Source: Candidatus Binatia bacterium (GTDB taxonomy: Bacteria > Desulfobacterota > Binatia > Bin18). From it: a stretch of 64,000 nt of DNA. Each line of letters opens with the position of its first letter. Within the stretch, counting starts at the first letter, position 1. Positions 59,440 through 64,000 of the stretch are shown here, piece by piece. The stretch lies in the NCBI GenBank assembly GCA_963664395.2, contig OY761159.2, positions 576,001 to 640,000 of the forward strand, written 5' to 3'. The notes below the pieces were generated by a model, which was given only the letters and a program-made list of their open reading frames with translations, was not told where the DNA came from and searched no databases. The translations under genes and the position numbers were made by a program.

Positions 59440-59883
59440 CTATTCGTGGCGGGTGTGCCCGTTCGGGAAGAAAAACGGCTCCAAGAGACAGGCAACCGCC
59501 TTTGCCAGCTCCCCATGTGGGAACTCAAGCGGTTCTGTATTTTCGTCAGTCTGCACCACTACTTGACACGTCTGCGTCTCGGCATCCCAGCGGGTCGTCA
59601 CTGTTCCAACGCTGGTCTCGTTCCGCGCAACCTGCACAATGTTGGCTTCTGGGAGATAGCGCAAGGTAAGGGACTCCGGCTTGTCAGTAGCCGTATGCTC
59701 CACCATGCGTGTCCGTCCTATGTATGGACGCATGGCCATCTGCCCGTGCATAGATTCCTCGTCCATTGCAACAGCGTTCCATTGCCCGACATTCGTCTGT
59801 ACCAGACGGGCCAGATCGGCAAACAGTTTTCCCATGTCACACTTGGCCCGCTCGGCCACCCACTTTGTAGGGTCATGTTCCAT
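59440..59883 (-). CDS. Hypothetical IS passenger protein
   Basis: 147-aa ORF 4 nt after the MTase stop, AAGGAGG RBS. Confidence 0.65.
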   Translation of the reverse strand: MEHDPTKWVAERAKCDMGKLFADLARLVQTNVGQWNAVAMDEESMHGQMAMRPYIGRTRMVEHTATDKPESLTLRYLPEANIVQVARNETSVGTVTTRWDAETQTCQVVVQTDENTEPLEFPHGELAKAVACLLEPFFFPNGHTRHE

Positions 59884-59887
59884 TTTT

Positions 59888-61393
59888 CTACGCCTCCTTG
59901 AGATATCCCAGCTTCTTGTTTTCCTTCCGCAACCCGCCCAGCGTAAACCGATTGCTTTTCAGTTTATTGCAAGGACCACACAAAAGAACTCTATTCGAGA
60001 TATGGTTTATTCCACCGTCCGACCGTGGGGCATTGTGGTCTAATTCAAGATAGCGGGCATCATCGAACATTCTATTACAGCCCTGACATCGTGAGCCATG
60101 CTGCTCTAGGAGGAATTGCACCATTTCAGCCCGAGACATCTTTCGGTCTTTGGGTTCATGGACTTTTAATTTTGTTCTGAGGAAAGGGACGGCATCTAGC
60201 CCGTCGTCCGTGCGCTGGGGTGGGGTAGTTTCGTAGTAAATTTGTCCGACATGAAAGAGTTTGCCGTCTGGTTTGCCGTCTGGAGCCAGTAAGTCTTCTC
60301 TTTTAAGCCGTTCAATAACAGCGTCGTGCGCCTTATTCCATATATCAATGCCGACCCATTGCCGCCCCAGCTTCTCAGCGGCAACGAGGGTTGTAGCGCA
60401 GCCCGCAAATGGATCGCACACCGTCTCACCCTCATTCGAGCTGGCTTTGATAATCCGCTCGTATAGGGCAAGCGGTTTTTGTGTGGGGTAGCCAATACGC
60501 TCTTTAGCCTGAGAATTTATGGGCGCAATGTCATCCCACAAGCTGCCTATGGGTTTTCCCTTCTCGATGTCGCTTGGCCGCAGCTTTCTTCTCACCCCTC
60601 CAGTCTTGGTCCAAGCGAGATTCCCTTTCTTATCAATTTCCTCAAGAGTCTCCTGGTTGACCCGCCAACCGGCTGGCCCTGGTGTGAATCCCTTGTATGA
60701 GTAAACGAGATTTGGCCTTAGACCCATGCTCTCAGAACGGAGAATAGGACCATCTGCATAGCGCCCGTGTTCATCTTTGTATGGATATTTTTTCGCAAGT
60801 TCTTCCAGCGTCAGAGGAATACGTATGGTATCCACATTGATCTTGGATTCGTGAGATCGTGCATAGTACAAAATCGTATCTGTAAAGGGACTAAAGCGCG
60901 CCATTTCATGTTGTGATCCCTTGGGGTTGGCAGACCGCTTCCATATGATTTCATTCCGAAAATTCTTCCATCCGAAAATTGCATCCATGACAGCCTTGAG
61001 GTAGTGCGATGCGGTCGGGTCGCAGTGCATATAGAGGCTGCCCATAGTCTTCAGAACACGGCGCATTTCCAGCAGCCGCACCGCCATGAAACACATAAAC
61101 GCGCCCATGCCGTCGCTATGAGCATATCGGGCGCTCTCGATAGCCTCCATAAGCCGGGGATAGTCGTCTGTAATTTTATCCACCCACTCTTCATGTACAT
61201 CTTTCTCCCAAGACCAACGATCTTGAAAAGATGCACCAGCTGCCAGGCTATCTGGCGTTGCATGAAAATCCTTCCCCTTATTGAAGGGCGGGTCAGTCGC
61301 AATAAGATGGACTGAATTACTGTTCATAGCCCGGAGAAAGGGGAGATTATCCCCGTGAAAAAGTGTTCGGTTCTGCCAGTTGGGGGCTGCCAT
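59888..61393 (-). CDS. Beta-class N6A/N4C DNA methyltransferase fused to a C-terminal HNH domain
   Basis: DPPF (motif IV), YPTQKP, DPFAGCATT (motif I); CQGC...DH...N...CGPCN. Confidence 0.9.
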   Translation of the reverse strand: MAAPNWQNRTLFHGDNLPFLRAMNSNSVHLIATDPPFNKGKDFHATPDSLAAGASFQDRWSWEKDVHEEWVDKITDDYPRLMEAIESARYAHSDGMGAFMCFMAVRLLEMRRVLKTMGSLYMHCDPTASHYLKAVMDAIFGWKNFRNEIIWKRSANPKGSQHEMARFSPFTDTILYYARSHESKINVDTIRIPLTLEELAKKYPYKDEHGRYADGPILRSESMGLRPNLVYSYKGFTPGPAGWRVNQETLEEIDKKGNLAWTKTGGVRRKLRPSDIEKGKPIGSLWDDIAPINSQAKERIGYPTQKPLALYERIIKASSNEGETVCDPFAGCATTLVAAEKLGRQWVGIDIWNKAHDAVIERLKREDLLAPDGKPDGKLFHVGQIYYETTPPQRTDDGLDAVPFLRTKLKVHEPKDRKMSRAEMVQFLLEQHGSRCQGCNRMFDDARYLELDHNAPRSDGGINHISNRVLLCGPCNKLKSNRFTLGGLRKENKKLGYLKEA

Positions 61394-61401
61394 ATTTTCC
61401 T

Positions 61402-62337
61402 CTATTCCGCCGTCAGGTTGGCGTAGGTCAGGCGCTCCCCAACCCCAGCTTTCAGAATGGCGTCAATCCGTTGCTCACTCGTCAAATCAATCATGTTCCA
61501 GCGTTGAGAGAACTCGGCAAGATAGCGGTCTAAGTGCTTCCAGGTGAAGTCATGAAAGACCCCCATATAGCCCCGCTTGAGTAGCGCCCAGAAGCTCTCC
61601 ACGCCGTTGGTGTGCGCTTTCCCTCTGACATACTCACCAGCACTATGGTTGACTGATTCATGCTGGTAGATGCCACCCAGAGGCACATAGGCCCGTGCTT
61701 CGTCTGTGTACAGGGTTTCTTGCGGTTCGACATGCGCTGTCAAGAAGGCGGATAACGTCTGCGTATCTGTCTTCTCTACCTTCTTGGCAAAGGCTTTGCC
61801 TGTCTTTCTCGATACAACACCAGCCACGGCCATCTTGCCTACCGGCCCGCGCCCTTTGTTGAGTTTTTTGTTGTTGTGTCGGTTCTTGTTCTTACCACCT
61901 AAATAGCTTTCGTCTGCTTCGACCGGACCGGGCAACGTCCCTGCTGCTGCGCTGGCCTGTTCAGCCGCCTTACGGAGTCGGCCCAGGACAAACCAAGCGG
62001 TCTTTTGCGTGACCCCGATTTCCCGGCCCAACTGGTAGCTGCTGATACCCTTGCGGCTGGAAGTCGTGAGGAACGCGGCCACAAGCCACTTTTGCAGGGG
62101 TAAGCGGCTTTCCTCGTAGACCGTGCCTTTCCTGATGCTGAACTGCTTCCGGCAATCTGCGCATTTATAAATGCCCGGACGGGACAGGTGGTGAATCTTA
62201 CGGCTGCTCGAACATAGTGGGCAGGTGATTCCGTTCGGCCAGCGCAATTGTTCGAGATGTCGGGCGCACGCGGCTTCATTCGGGAATGCCTTGAGTAATC
62301 CAATGACATTGTTATAACCAGTTCTGTTTGTTGCCAT
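61402..62337 (-). CDS. IS1595-family transposase
   Basis: RWPNGITCPLC...CADC zinc ribbon, VEADESY, YTDE, HTNGVESFWALLKRG. Confidence 0.95.
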   Translation of the reverse strand: MATNRTGYNNVIGLLKAFPNEAACARHLEQLRWPNGITCPLCSSSRKIHHLSRPGIYKCADCRKQFSIRKGTVYEESRLPLQKWLVAAFLTTSSRKGISSYQLGREIGVTQKTAWFVLGRLRKAAEQASAAAGTLPGPVEADESYLGGKNKNRHNNKKLNKGRGPVGKMAVAGVVSRKTGKAFAKKVEKTDTQTLSAFLTAHVEPQETLYTDEARAYVPLGGIYQHESVNHSAGEYVRGKAHTNGVESFWALLKRGYMGVFHDFTWKHLDRYLAEFSQRWNMIDLTSEQRIDAILKAGVGERLTYANLTAE

Positions 62338-62342
62338 GTCTT

Positions 62343-62371
62343 CTTATAGCAAAACTATATGGTTGCGTCAA
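62343..62371 (-). promoter_or_regulatory. Sigma70 promoter of the IS transposase
   Basis: TTGACG-N17-TATAAG with extended TG; -35 lies in the TIR; ATG follows 5 nt after -10. Confidence 0.65.
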
Positions 62372-62407
62372 GTATATTAGTCCCAGGCTACTTGTTGATA
62401 GGGATGT

Positions 62408-63799
62408 ATGAACGTGTCACCACATGAATCAACACTAGAAGATATCTTGCGAAAGGTTCCGCCACGGAACCTGGAGGCAGAAGAGGCTGTCCTGGGCGGC
62501 ATTCTCTTGGATTCCAACGCCCTCGACCGGGCGGCCGAGATCATAGGCCCCGATGATTTTTATCGTAAAGTCAACCGGAAAATCTTCCTCGCCATGTTCG
62601 CCTTGATGGAGCGAAGCGAGCCTATTGACCTCATTACGTTAAGCGAGGCCCTGCAAGCACGAGGCGAATTGCAGGAGGTCGGAGGGGCCAGCTATTTAGC
62701 AGAACTGAGCGATAGGGTACCGAGTGCGGCGAACATTGCAGACTATGCGCGGATCGTGAAAGAAAAGGCCGTCCTGCGCAATTTGATTACCATCTGCGGG
62801 GAAATCGTCAGTCGGTGCTATAGCGGTCGGGAGGATATCGATCAATTTCTTGATGAGGCGGAACGCTTGATCTTTGACGTGTCCGAGCAGCGGATTCGTC
62901 CGGCCTTCTCCAAGGTCGGGGATATGATTATGGATACGATCAAGACCATTGAGCGGCTGTATGAGCGCAAAGAACTAGTGACCGGCGTCCCGACCGGTTT
63001 TCTTGACCTCGATAGGAAGACAGCCGGATTCCAGCCATCTGACCTAATCATTATCGCGGGGCGGCCCAGCATGGGCAAAACCGCCTTTGTGCTGAATATC
63101 GCCCAGTATGTGGCCGTGGAGGCGAAGACGACGGTGGGCATTTTTTCGCTGGAAATGGCGAAAGAACAACTCGTGATGCGCATGCTGTGTGCGGACGCGC
63201 GGGTGGATAATGCAAAAGTTCGCATTGGACATCTGGGGGAACGGGACTTCCCTCGCTTGGTGATGGCGGCGGGGCGCTTGGCGGAAGCCCCGATTTATAT
63301 TGACGATACGCCCGGACAAAACGTCCTTGAACTGCGGGCCAAAGCGCGGCGGTTGAAACGCGAGGCGAACCTCGGGCTCCTCGTCATTGATTATCTCCAG
63401 TTGATGCGCGGCCTCACCAGGCAGGAGGATCGTGTTCGGGAGATGACAGAAATTTCACGTAGTCTGAAGGCATTAGCGAAGGAGCTGAACATCCCCGTGA
63501 TCGCCCTCTCTCAACTCAACCGCCAAGTCGAATTTCGTGGCGACCGGCGGCCAATCATGTCGGATATTCGCGAATCGGGCGCGATTGAGCAGGACGCGGA
63601 TGTCATCATGTTCATCTACCGGGACGAAGTCTACCATCCCGAGTCGGAAGAAGAAGGGACCGCGGAAATCATTATCGGCAAGCAACGCAACGGCCCGACC
63701 GGCACGGTCCGGCTTGCCTTTCGGAGTGAGTACACGCGGTTTGACAACTTGGTCGAAACCTTTGCCGGACCCGATGAAGTGGTAGCGGAGGGGGTATAG
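62408..63799 (+). CDS. dnaB: Replicative DNA helicase
   Basis: PPRNLEAE, GRPSMGKT, IDYLQL, LSQLNR, ESGAIEQDAD, KQRNGPTG. Confidence 0.97.
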   Translation: MNVSPHESTLEDILRKVPPRNLEAEEAVLGGILLDSNALDRAAEIIGPDDFYRKVNRKIFLAMFALMERSEPIDLITLSEALQARGELQEVGGASYLAELSDRVPSAANIADYARIVKEKAVLRNLITICGEIVSRCYSGREDIDQFLDEAERLIFDVSEQRIRPAFSKVGDMIMDTIKTIERLYERKELVTGVPTGFLDLDRKTAGFQPSDLIIIAGRPSMGKTAFVLNIAQYVAVEAKTTVGIFSLEMAKEQLVMRMLCADARVDNAKVRIGHLGERDFPRLVMAAGRLAEAPIYIDDTPGQNVLELRAKARRLKREANLGLLVIDYLQLMRGLTRQEDRVREMTEISRSLKALAKELNIPVIALSQLNRQVEFRGDRRPIMSDIRESGAIEQDADVIMFIYRDEVYHPESEEEGTAEIIIGKQRNGPTGTVRLAFRSEYTRFDNLVETFAGPDEVVAEGV

Positions 63800-63845
63800 G
63801 TGCGCTTATAGCTATCGTCTCTTCTCCCGGAAGCCCGCACTCCTT

Positions 63846-64000
63846 CTAATCGTCTATGGTTTCCCGCACAAAGGCAAACAGGCGGGACAGTTCAGTTAAG
63901 CCGTCGGCAATGCGGGGGCCGTACCAACAGAGCGCCATGCCATCCACACAGTAGAAGTGTCCGCCCTGTCCGGCCCGGGTCTTCTGGAGCGGCTTAAGAT
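63846..64000 (-). CDS. 3' end of a helical-backbone metal/cobalamin-binding protein (partial)
   Basis: Manual translation: ...HFYCVDGMALCWYGPRIADGLTELSRLF...DD-stop. Confidence 0.65.
   Translation of the reverse strand, partial: LKPLQKTRAGQGGHFYCVDGMALCWYGPRIADGLTELSRLFAFVRETIDD

Larger units (their letters stand above)
59254..62384 (-). mobile_element. IS1595-family element with passenger genes
   Basis: Terminal inverted repeats GGGACTAATATACTTGAC(A/G)CAAC at 59254-59276 and 62362-62384 enclosing a transposase and three passenger ORFs. Confidence 0.92.

Overview
Bacterial chromosomal window, moderately GC-rich. Gene content (DUF507 pair-groES-groEL, ntrBC-thiE, dnaB, DUF1329 pair, many luciferase-like and amidohydrolase_2 enzymes, npdG) suggests a Deltaproteobacteria-like lineage such as Ca. 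Binatia (inference only). The first ~30 kb is a dense set of catabolic and redox enzymes for amines, N-heterocycles or organosulfur compounds, including a single-chain triple-RidA protein. Highlights the ORF track misses or splits: (1) a glutathione S-transferase whose catalytic CPFA position is an in-frame TGA followed by a perfect SECIS-like hairpin, i.e. a probable selenoprotein (35780-36403); (2) an IS1595-family element with 22/23-bp terminal inverted repeats (59254-62384) carrying a beta-class DNA methyltransferase-HNH fusion; (3) a decayed island at tRNA-Ser(CGA) carrying a three-gene module of unknown gene, HicB-like and HicA-like; (4) a sulfite reductase fused to the tail of a deleted cysH; (5) several genes with internal deletions or double frameshifts, and short tandem repeats abutting start codons. 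All family assignments come from motif recognition; no database searches were run.
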